This document shows, piece by piece, positions 56,175 to 64,000 of a stretch of 64,000 bases of DNA; position 1 is the stretch's first letter; every line of letters starts with the position of its first letter. Source of the DNA: Candidatus Binatia bacterium. GTDB lineage: Bacteria; Desulfobacterota; Binatia; Bin18. Made by a program: the position numbers and the translations under genes. The stretch is from assembly GCA_963664395.2 (NCBI GenBank), contig OY761159.2:2976001-3040000 (forward strand). The letters are read 5' to 3'. The notes under the pieces are model-generated. The model was not told where the DNA came from. It saw nothing but the letters and a program-made list of their open reading frames with translations, and did not search any database.

Positions 56175-57516
56175 CGAATGACGGCGTCTCCGAGAAGGCC
56201 AACACCTGCTCGCACCACGCGCCAACCGCCAGCAGCTTTTCTTCGGCAAAGGCCGCTCCCATGAGCTGAATACTCAAGGGCAACCCTGTCTGACTCAAGC
56301 CTGAAGGCAAACCCAGGCTTGGCAGGCCGGCAAAAGTTGCCGGGCCGTTAAACGTAGGATCACCGGTGGTTTTGAAGCCGGCAGGCGCGGGGGCCGGGGT
56401 TGCTGGAGTCAGGAGGGCATCGACTGTGCGGCAGAGAGCATCCATCTCGTTACGAAAAGTGTGTTGGTGTCGTTGGGTCTCCATATACTCCACACCGGAG
56501 ACCTTGCGGCCCTTCTCGATCAAGTCCTGCATCTGCGGACTGTACTGCTCTTTATACTGGTCGTAGACCCCACTATGTGAGTAGGCCGATTCAACGAACA
56601 TCATATTGAAATGCGCTTCGGGTGCGCCTTTGAAGCTCTCCGGGAGCGCAACCTCGGTGAGTTGCGCCCCGGCTTGGGTCAGTTGATCCACAACTCCTGT
56701 GACATGCTGCCGGGTTTCCGCATCGGCTTTTTCAAGAAAAAACTCCCGGACCAAGCCGATTCGCGGTGGCTGTGTCAGAGCGGCAGCATAGTGTGGGACA
56801 GGCTGGGCCGCACTCATCGGGTCGTTCGCGTCCTCTCCAGCTAAGACCTGAAGCAGCAGGGCCATATCTGCCACTGTGCGGGAAAAAATGCCAACATGGT
56901 CCAGACTGCCTGACAAGGGATAGACCCCGTAGGTACTGATCCGGCCAAAGGTCGGCTTGAGGCCGACGCAGCCACAGTACGCCGCCGGACGTATGGTCGA
57001 GCCATAGGTCTGAGAGCCCAGCGCGCCACAACACATCTGCGCAGCGACAGCAGCGGCAGAGCCACTGCTGGAGCCACCCGGGGTGTGTTCAAGATTCCAT
57101 GGATTCCGGGTGGGCGACGGAGCCAGGGCGGCAAATTCTGTGGTCTGCGCTTTTCCGAGAACGATCGCTCCTGCTTCCTTGAGGAGCCGTACGGCTGTAG
57201 CGTCATAGTCTGGGACATAGTCGGCGTAAATGGACGACCCCATAGTCGTCTTCATCCCCGCGGTAAAGAAAATATCCTTGAGTCCGAGCGGGATGCCGTG
57301 CAGCGGACCCCGGTATTGCCCGTTGCGGATTTCCGTTTCGTACTGCCGGGCGGTGGCGAGGGCACCCTCACGGTCGACGGTCACCCAAGCGTGGAGCTGC
57401 GGTTCAAGCTGCTCCACGCGGTCCAAACAGGACTGGACGAGAGTAACGGGAGAGAGCTGCTGGGTGCGCAGGCGTTCGGCGGCCGCGGCGATAGTGAGCG
57501 CGTACGGTTGTGTCAT
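56170..57516 (-). CDS. Amidase signature family enzyme (GatA-like)
   Basis: GPLHGIPLGLKD, TPGGSSSGSAAAV, GSQTYGSTIRPA. Confidence 0.93.
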   Translation of the reverse strand: MTQPYALTIAAAAERLRTQQLSPVTLVQSCLDRVEQLEPQLHAWVTVDREGALATARQYETEIRNGQYRGPLHGIPLGLKDIFFTAGMKTTMGSSIYADYVPDYDATAVRLLKEAGAIVLGKAQTTEFAALAPSPTRNPWNLEHTPGGSSSGSAAAVAAQMCCGALGSQTYGSTIRPAAYCGCVGLKPTFGRISTYGVYPLSGSLDHVGIFSRTVADMALLLQVLAGEDANDPMSAAQPVPHYAAALTQPPRIGLVREFFLEKADAETRQHVTGVVDQLTQAGAQLTEVALPESFKGAPEAHFNMMFVESAYSHSGVYDQYKEQYSPQMQDLIEKGRKVSGVEYMETQRHQHTFRNEMDALCRTVDALLTPATPAPAPAGFKTTGDPTFNGPATFAGLPSLGLPSGLSQTGLPLSIQLMGAAFAEEKLLAVGAWCEQVLAFSETPSFA

Positions 57517-57538
57517 GCGGACCCCTTACGGCTGTCGA

Positions 57539-57997
57539 TTAGTCTTCCACCAATTCGTCAAGCTGGACCAGAATGCCATCCGGGTCGCGCAGGAACGTAC
57601 TGTTAAAATTGCCGTCCTGTGTTTTTGTCACGGTCGGCGGCACGACAAAATCGGCGCCCTTGGCCTTCAATTCCTCGTAGACCTGGGGGAGATTTTCCAC
57701 CCAAAATGCATAGTGATGGACGCCAATCTGGTCGAGCTTAATTGGCTCGCCGCTGACCGGCTTATCCGAGTGTTCGGATAAGACCAGAAATGCCTCGCGT
57801 GGGCCTTTTTTCCAATACAGGGTTGCCACCCGCCGCTGGTCGTGCGGTTCTTTATACAACGCCGGCAGGACCGTTCCCTGCGTTGCTTGTACTTCATCCC
57901 GGACTACCTCAAAGCCGAGCAGATCGCGATAAAACCGGAGCGAGGCATCCATGTCACGCACGCCAACCGCAATATGGGATACACCGTTTGTCACCAT
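57539..57997 (-). CDS. VOC/glyoxalase family protein
   Basis: HIAVGVRDMDASLRFY, GVHHYAFWV, FLRDPDGILVQL. Confidence 0.9.
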   Translation of the reverse strand: MVTNGVSHIAVGVRDMDASLRFYRDLLGFEVVRDEVQATQGTVLPALYKEPHDQRRVATLYWKKGPREAFLVLSEHSDKPVSGEPIKLDQIGVHHYAFWVENLPQVYEELKAKGADFVVPPTVTKTQDGNFNSTFLRDPDGILVQLDELVED

Positions 57998-58111
57998 GAA
58001 TGATCCCTCCCTGTGTCTGCCCTATTCTTGACAGGTCTGGGGCAGACATACAAGAAGACAAGTAAAGCGCCGACACGTTTCAAAGGCGTAAAACGAAAAA
58101 AAGGATGAGAT

Positions 58112-59905
58112 ATGCAGCAATCCGAACTTAAAGCGGAAGGTGTACGCTGGGACCTGGGAGGACTGTATGCCAGCCCGGACGATCCTCGGCTTGAGGCTGA
58201 CCTGGCAGAAGCGCGCCGTCGTGCGGAAGTCTTTGCGCAGACCTACCGTGGCAGGATTGAAAACGGGCAGGTCGATGGGACGGCACTCGCTCAGGCGTTG
58301 GCTGAATATGAAGCTATCGCCGAGCTTCAGCACCGCCCCGCTTTTTACGCCTCGCTCCTGTTCGCGGCTGATACCCAGAACCAGCCGGCCCAGCAGCTTG
58401 TGCAACACACGCGCGAAGCCGCCACCGGCATCGAGAACCTGTTGGTCTTTTTCTCTTTGGAACTCATTGCGTTAGCGGACGAGCAGCTCGCCCGGCTCCT
58501 TACCGTCCCGGAGTTGCAAGACTATCAACACTATCTGGAAGCGGTCCGACGCTTTAAGCCGCACACCTTGAGTGAAAAAGAAGAACAACTCCTGAACCAC
58601 AAAAACCTGTCGGGCAAGCATGCCTTTCGACAGCTGTATGACGAACTCAGCGGCTCGCTCCGGTTTCCGCTCACCAGGGGCGGCGAAGAACAACTGCTCA
58701 CCGATGGTGAGATCCTGGCGCTGCTGCGCCAGCCGGACAGCGAGCTGCGTGAGCGGGCCCTGACCATATTTCTGGAAACCTATGCCCAGCACGCGCTTGT
58801 CCTGACTTCGATTTTTAACAATCTGCTGCTGGATCATAAAATTGAGTGCGAGCAGCGTCAGTATGACGATGTAACGCTGCCCACCCACCTGTCGAACGAG
58901 ATTGCCCCGCCGACGGTCGAGGCGATGATGCAGGCCGTCGAACGCCATTATCCCCTGGCGCAGGAATACTTTCGGCTGAAGGCGGAATTGCTCGGGGTGG
59001 AACGGCTCAAGAATACGGACCTGTACGCACCGATTGAAACCGCGGCCGAGGAAATCCCCTTTGCGGACGCGCAGGATTTGATCCTGACCGCCTTTGGGAA
59101 CTTTAACGAACAGTTTGCGGCCCTGGCCAGGGAGTTTTTCCAGAAGGGTTGGATTGATGCCGAGGTCCGGGCGGGGAAACGCGGCGGTGCCTTTTGTGCG
59201 GCTCTGTCGCCCGCCCATCATCCGTATGTCTTGTGCAGCTATAATGGCACTGGGCGGGATGTCTCAACCGTAGCCCACGAGCTGGGCCACGGCATCCATT
59301 ACATGCTGGCGCGGCGTCAGAAATTCCTGCACTACGACGCTCCCCTGGTACTCGCGGAGACGGCCTCGGTCTTCGCGGAAATCGTTCTGACCCAACACTT
59401 GCTGGATAAGGCCGAGCAGCCGGACACGCGCCGCGCCCTGCTGTGTGAGGTCTTGGAGGAAATGTACGGCACGGTCTTTCGACAAACCGCCCTGACCCGC
59501 TTTGAGATGGCGGCGCATGCCAAACGCCGGGACGGGTCACTCAGCGCCGACGACCTGTGCGAGCTGTGGATGACCGAACAGGGCAAGCTCTTTGGCGAGA
59601 GTGTTGAACTATTACCGGTCTATCGCTGGGGCTGGTCGTATATTCCGCATTTTATTCACAGCCGGTTCTACTGCTATTCCTACCCGTTCGGCGAGCTGCT
59701 CACCCTGGCCCTGTATCAGCGCTATCTCGACCAGGGGGAAGACTTTGTGCCTGGGTATTTACACCTTTTGGAAAGCGGGGGCTCACAACGGCCGGAGTAC
59801 GCCCTGGCGCAGATGGGTATCGACATCAATCAGCCCGAATTCTGGGGCCGGGGCTTTCAGGTCATCCAGGGGTTTCTGACCGACCTCCGAGCAACACTCT
59901 CATAA
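58112..59905 (+). CDS. pepF: M3B oligoendopeptidase F family
   Basis: WDLGGLY, WID...GKRGGAFC, AHELGHGIH (HExxH), AETAS, HF...FYCYSY. Confidence 0.92.
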   Translation: MQQSELKAEGVRWDLGGLYASPDDPRLEADLAEARRRAEVFAQTYRGRIENGQVDGTALAQALAEYEAIAELQHRPAFYASLLFAADTQNQPAQQLVQHTREAATGIENLLVFFSLELIALADEQLARLLTVPELQDYQHYLEAVRRFKPHTLSEKEEQLLNHKNLSGKHAFRQLYDELSGSLRFPLTRGGEEQLLTDGEILALLRQPDSELRERALTIFLETYAQHALVLTSIFNNLLLDHKIECEQRQYDDVTLPTHLSNEIAPPTVEAMMQAVERHYPLAQEYFRLKAELLGVERLKNTDLYAPIETAAEEIPFADAQDLILTAFGNFNEQFAALAREFFQKGWIDAEVRAGKRGGAFCAALSPAHHPYVLCSYNGTGRDVSTVAHELGHGIHYMLARRQKFLHYDAPLVLAETASVFAEIVLTQHLLDKAEQPDTRRALLCEVLEEMYGTVFRQTALTRFEMAAHAKRRDGSLSADDLCELWMTEQGKLFGESVELLPVYRWGWSYIPHFIHSRFYCYSYPFGELLTLALYQRYLDQGEDFVPGYLHLLESGGSQRPEYALAQMGIDINQPEFWGRGFQVIQGFLTDLRATLS

Positions 59906-59917
59906 GGAAGGCAATCC

Positions 59918-60520
59918 ATGTACGCGCGTGTTATTCCCATCCAATGCCGACCCAGCCTCCTGACCGACTTCCTGTCCGTCTATCGGAGTGCGGTGCTGCC
60001 GCCGCTGGTCCGGGAGCCCGGATTCCATGGAGCCTTGGTGCTGTCTGACCCGGAGGTGCATACGGGCTTCATCGTCACCTTATGGAACTCCGAAGCCGCG
60101 CTGGCCCAATCGGAACTGAAGAGCCGCAAGGCCGTTGCCGCCATGCTGTTACCGTTTCTGACCGCACACCCGCAGCCTGAAGAGTACGAAATCCTGGTCC
60201 GGGCCGGTCAGCATATTGGCGGGCGCTTCGCCAGGGTGATTACCCTGCCTGTTTCCGAAGAGCATGTTGACCCGGCGCGTGCTGTGTATGAGGAAGAATA
60301 TCTCCCATTACTCAGGCGGCAGCCCGGTTTTCAGGGCGTGCTGTGGCTGGCCAATCGAACCCAGGGAATTGGACGCGGGATGAGCTTTTGGAGCAGCCGA
60401 GAACACATGCGGGCCGCGGACCGGGAGAACGAATTTTTTCCTCGGGTCTTGTCCCGGCTGGCGGAATACTTTTCCGCCCCAACCGAGATGGGCTATTACG
60501 GCATTGATGTGCAAATGTAG
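59918..60520 (+). CDS. Tandem ABM-like (dimeric alpha-beta barrel) domain protein
   Basis: Internal duplication: YARVI...PGFHG...TLWNS and FARVI...PGFQG...SFWSS. Confidence 0.75.
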   Translation: MYARVIPIQCRPSLLTDFLSVYRSAVLPPLVREPGFHGALVLSDPEVHTGFIVTLWNSEAALAQSELKSRKAVAAMLLPFLTAHPQPEEYEILVRAGQHIGGRFARVITLPVSEEHVDPARAVYEEEYLPLLRRQPGFQGVLWLANRTQGIGRGMSFWSSREHMRAADRENEFFPRVLSRLAEYFSAPTEMGYYGIDVQM

Positions 60521-60533
60521 CTGCTATCGACAA

Positions 60534-61865
60534 TCAGCCGAGCTGCTGCTTGGCTTTGATGTCTTGCTCCAAAGTCTTGCCGGTCAGCCAGAAAAAGACG
60601 GCGGACAGGAGACTGGTACTGACTGCCACCCCGAGCAAGGAGTAGCGAATCGCATCCGGCGTACCGATCAGATCGTTGAGAATGCCGACCGTTTGGGGGC
60701 CGGCACCAAGGCCGATCAGCGTCAGAATAAAAATAAAGACGGCAGAAGCCGTGGCCCGCATGGCCGGAGGAGCGAGGTCTTGAACAATTGAGCTGGCCGG
60801 TCCCAACCACATCGTGCCAAATACATTCGCGGGAAAGAGACACAGTAAAGCCAGGGTTGTATTATCGAATATCAAGGCTCCGACGATAAAAGGAGTCGAA
60901 CACAGCACGCCCACCAGACTGATATGGGCCCGCGCCTTAGGTTGGTCCCTGACCCAGCGGTCCGCAAGCCAGCCGCCGGAAAAGGCGCCGATTGCTCCGC
61001 CTATGCCCGTAATCCAGGACAGCCACAATCCAAGCTCTCCGGTTGTCATGCCGTGCAGACGAATAAAAAAGGCAGGAATCCAGGCCGCTAATCCGTAGCC
61101 GACAAAGGCTTGAAAAGCCGCCCCCAAACTAATCCGACGACCGCTGGGCAGGCGGGTAAGAAACTGCCAGGTTTCACCCAGGCTATAGGCACGACTCGCT
61201 GCTGCCGTACGCTCGCTCATGCCGCGCAGGGGCTCGCGGACAGTGAAACGAACCACGAAGGCCATGGCCACCCCAGGAAGGCCGATAACCATAAACGCCA
61301 CCCGCCAGCCAAAGGCGTCATTCAGCCAGCCACCCAGCCAGAATCCCAGACCCACGCCCACATAAATGCCACACGCATACACGGCTAACACGGTTGCGCG
61401 TTTCTCCGGGGAGAAATAGTCGGACAAGAGGGAGTGGGCCGGCGGGGTGCAGCCGGCTTCGCCAATGCCGACGCCAACCCGGGCCACGGCCAACTCGGTA
61501 AAATTCCGGGCCAAGCCTGAGGCGGCGGTCATCAGGCTCCAGCTCGCAATGCTCAGGGCAATTAAACTCCGCCGGACCCACCGGTCCGCCACACGGGCGA
61601 GGGGCAGGCCGGCAATCGCGTAAAAAACCGCAAAGGCAAAACCAGTCAGAAAACCCATGGCCGTGTCTGAGACTTGCAGGTCTTCTTTAATCGGCTGGAG
61701 CAGGATGGCCAGGATTTGACGATCAATAAAATTAAACACGTACACCACAAAGAGGACGGCCAAAACGTAATAGGCATACGGCCCGCCGACCTCAGGGGGG
61801 GAGGCGTGCGGCTGAGCCGGAGCGGCGTTCTGGTCGGGATGGTCTTCCGTTGAGGTGGGTGGCAT
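60534..61865 (-). CDS. MFS transporter (spinster-like)
   Basis: FNFIDRQILAIL, GLPLARVADR, RVGVGIGEAG.TPPAHSLLSDYF. Confidence 0.92.
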   Translation of the reverse strand: MPPTSTEDHPDQNAAPAQPHASPPEVGGPYAYYVLAVLFVVYVFNFIDRQILAILLQPIKEDLQVSDTAMGFLTGFAFAVFYAIAGLPLARVADRWVRRSLIALSIASWSLMTAASGLARNFTELAVARVGVGIGEAGCTPPAHSLLSDYFSPEKRATVLAVYACGIYVGVGLGFWLGGWLNDAFGWRVAFMVIGLPGVAMAFVVRFTVREPLRGMSERTAAASRAYSLGETWQFLTRLPSGRRISLGAAFQAFVGYGLAAWIPAFFIRLHGMTTGELGLWLSWITGIGGAIGAFSGGWLADRWVRDQPKARAHISLVGVLCSTPFIVGALIFDNTTLALLCLFPANVFGTMWLGPASSIVQDLAPPAMRATASAVFIFILTLIGLGAGPQTVGILNDLIGTPDAIRYSLLGVAVSTSLLSAVFFWLTGKTLEQDIKAKQQLG

Positions 61866-62020
61866 GCGTTCCCCTTTTTGACAAATGCTCTCCTTCTCAT
61901 CTGAAGCGCCGGCTGTTGTCAAGAATCGCCTCAGCAGCGCCCGCACTGATGCATAGCTGACGGTACAAAAGGGACGTGTTAGAGTCGCGCGACCGAACAG
62001 TGCAAATGGGGGAAATATTT

Positions 62021-63016
62021 ATGGCTCACAAAATTTCAATTGGCATCGACTGGCAAGGCAAGCTCGACTACAAGGCGCTGTGTGAAAAGGTCCGAATCGC
62101 GGATGCGGTTGGTGTGCATTCGGCCTGGGTGCCGGAAGCCTGGGGGCGGGATGCGTTCACCATTTTGACCCTTTTGGCGGACAAGACTCAAAATATCAAT
62201 CTCGGCACGGCGATTGTGAATACCTACTCACGCACTCCCGCCGCGCTTGCCCAGCACTTTGCCACCCTGGATGAGGTCTCTGGCGGGCGGATGCTGCTCG
62301 GCCTGGGGACGAGTGGCCCACAGGTGATTGAGCACTTTCATGGGGTCGCGTTCAATCCTCCCCTCCAGCGCATGCGTGAGTATGTGGAAATCATCAACAC
62401 CATTATGAAGGGCGAGCCGCTCAAATACTCGGGTAAGCTGTTTGACCTGCAACGCGGCTTTACGTTGCGCTTCCAACCCGTTCGCGCCCATATTCCGATT
62501 TATCTGGCAACGATCAATGCCAAGAGTGTGAAAATGACGGCAGAACTGGCAGACGGCTGGCTACCGATTCTGATTCCCATTGAGCAGCTCAAGAGTGAAA
62601 TTGACAATCTGCGCCAAGCCAGCGTGGCCGTCGGCCGGCCGACCGACGCGGTCGCCGTCCGTTCGCCCGGCACCATCACGGTGACTCCACAGGTTGATAA
62701 AGCCCGCGCCGCCTCAGCCGGTATGCTGGCCTTTTACATTGGCCGCATGGGGACATTCTACGCCGCCCAACTCACCCGGCTAGGCTATGGGGCAGCGGTT
62801 GAAACAGTCAAAAAAGCCTGGGCGGGTGGCTCACGCGCCGCCGCCGAAGCCGTACCCGATCAATTAGTTGACGCAACCGGCTGCGTGGGATCGGTGGAAG
62901 CGGGCATTGAGCGTCTACAAGCTCAGGAAGAGTGCGGGGTAGACCTGCATCATGTCAATGTGCAGGCCGAGAATAATACAGAGTATGAGCGGATTTTGAC
63001 GAAGTTGGTCGGGTGA
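62021..63016 (+). CDS. LLM-class (Mer-like, probably F420-dependent) oxidoreductase
   Basis: WVPEAWGRDAF, LGTAI, SRTPA, LGLGTSGPQVIE..HG, ELADGW. Confidence 0.9.
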   Translation: MAHKISIGIDWQGKLDYKALCEKVRIADAVGVHSAWVPEAWGRDAFTILTLLADKTQNINLGTAIVNTYSRTPAALAQHFATLDEVSGGRMLLGLGTSGPQVIEHFHGVAFNPPLQRMREYVEIINTIMKGEPLKYSGKLFDLQRGFTLRFQPVRAHIPIYLATINAKSVKMTAELADGWLPILIPIEQLKSEIDNLRQASVAVGRPTDAVAVRSPGTITVTPQVDKARAASAGMLAFYIGRMGTFYAAQLTRLGYGAAVETVKKAWAGGSRAAAEAVPDQLVDATGCVGSVEAGIERLQAQEECGVDLHHVNVQAENNTEYERILTKLVG

Positions 63017-63137
63017 TACGGCGGGGCGATCTTCGTGATCGCTCTCGATCTATTCTTGGTCCCCTCCCTTAAAGAAAAAGGTTGTGAAAGCTTTTGAAGG
63101 AACACGAGGTGAGGATGAAAATGATGAGAGGAATAAT

Positions 63138-63992
63138 ATGGACCCGACGAGCTATTTTCTAGAGAAATTAGAAACCGCCAAAGAAAAATATGAAGATAAA
63201 CGACTCAGGTATTTCCGCATTGCTATTGCACCAGACTTTTGGGAGAAGGTTCGAGAGATCATTAAAAGGGAAGCTGCTACGACGTCAAACCCGAAACTCC
63301 CGGTACTATTTTTCCTTTTTGATAGAAGAGATGTGGAGGACCTCCAACCCCTTGATCGATTTTTAGGCTACTTGAAGGAGAGTAAAGAACCGAGGCATCA
63401 AGGTGGATTTTGGAGTCTAGCAAGACTCCTACAGGATAAAACAGCAGCCTATAGGCAAGTCGCTGGGGCTATTTTCGAAATGGAAATTCTGAGCCGTCTT
63501 TTGGAGAAGAACCCAGGAGGTTCTTTCGACCCATATCCACAAGTCCAAGAAAACAACCCAGACGCGTGGATTATCCTAGGAGGGAAGACGGTCTACTTTG
63601 AAGCTACCATTCGCTCACAGTCAGAAGAGCAGGAACGTTATTTGGAAATCGGTCATACTTCTTCTCCAGTTGTGGTTGGTGTCAGTGATCTACGAGGCGA
63701 CGCTCGCCGAATAACCAGAAGGATTAAGGGTAAACAAAGCCAGCAAGTAGCTCGGGCGCCGAATATTCTCTGTATTGGCCTCCCTGATTTTAGTCCCGAC
63801 CCTCTAATCCTAGAGTGGAATGTTCCTTCTATTTTTAAAGAGGAACCTCAGCTAACAGGTGTCTTAGTCTTTCGGTGGGAGAGTTTAGGTTTTCTGCCGG
63901 AAAAGCAATTCCATAATCCATCCCCGCATCCTGATAGCCAACTCTCAGAAGTAGAATGGCAGACTATTCTGGATTGGTTTGGTTTTTCCTAA
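63138..63992 (+). CDS. Hypothetical protein, possible PD-(D/E)xK-like nuclease fold
   Basis: AT-richer ORF; FEMEI...NPDAWI...VYFEAT pattern; start may be 63084 or 63138. Confidence 0.55.
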   Translation: MDPTSYFLEKLETAKEKYEDKRLRYFRIAIAPDFWEKVREIIKREAATTSNPKLPVLFFLFDRRDVEDLQPLDRFLGYLKESKEPRHQGGFWSLARLLQDKTAAYRQVAGAIFEMEILSRLLEKNPGGSFDPYPQVQENNPDAWIILGGKTVYFEATIRSQSEEQERYLEIGHTSSPVVVGVSDLRGDARRITRRIKGKQSQQVARAPNILCIGLPDFSPDPLILEWNVPSIFKEEPQLTGVLVFRWESLGFLPEKQFHNPSPHPDSQLSEVEWQTILDWFGFS

Positions 63993-64000
63993 GACTTGTT

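Noticed and set aside
55883-56249. ORFs with IIVIIV or HNCHNC repeats
   Set aside because: Artefacts of translating the 9-bp tandem repeat; they overlap real genes.
56170-57516. gatA assignment
   Set aside because: No gatB/gatC adjacent; only generic amidase-signature motifs.

Overview
GC-rich bacterial chromosomal window from a diderm (it encodes a Tsx/OmpK-like porin), dense in catabolic and redox genes. The gene mix suggests a Binatota-like heterotroph, but that is inference only. From left to right: (1) a PQQ alcohol dehydrogenase operon (enzyme with the lanthanide-type D-Y-D motif, XoxJ-like binding protein, CX3CH cytochrome c, YVTN propeller); (2) an AT-richer minus-strand island of toxin-antitoxin remnants around three orphan genes, one with a HEPN-like RxxxxH motif; (3) bolA-grxD; (4) an amidohydrolase/crotonase/acyl-CoA ligase/crotonase operon bracketed by two desulforedoxin-like mini-genes (46 and 38 aa) that are absent from the ORF track; (5) ygfZ, an amino-acid dehydrogenase, a Rieske ferredoxin, a GIY-YIG gene after a truncated permease, ilvE, an AbfD/HpaB-like flavoprotein, higBA and tandem DUF1640 genes; (6) a complete SIR2-APAZ/short Argonaute (SPARSA-type) defence operon directly downstream of a vapBC pair; (7) pdxJ, argE, upp, four luciferase-like monooxygenases (one with a Tat signal), a PrpF-family gene, a hydantoinase A/B'/B plus amidase cluster, a plant-type acetylornithine deacetylase, infA with an Arg/Gly-rich extension, transporters, oligoendopeptidase F and a terminal PD-(D/E)xK-like orphan. 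Several REP-like palindromes and several frameshifts/deletions are present. No tRNA, rRNA, CRISPR array, transposase or integrase was recognised. All calls come from motif recognition by eye; no database search was run.
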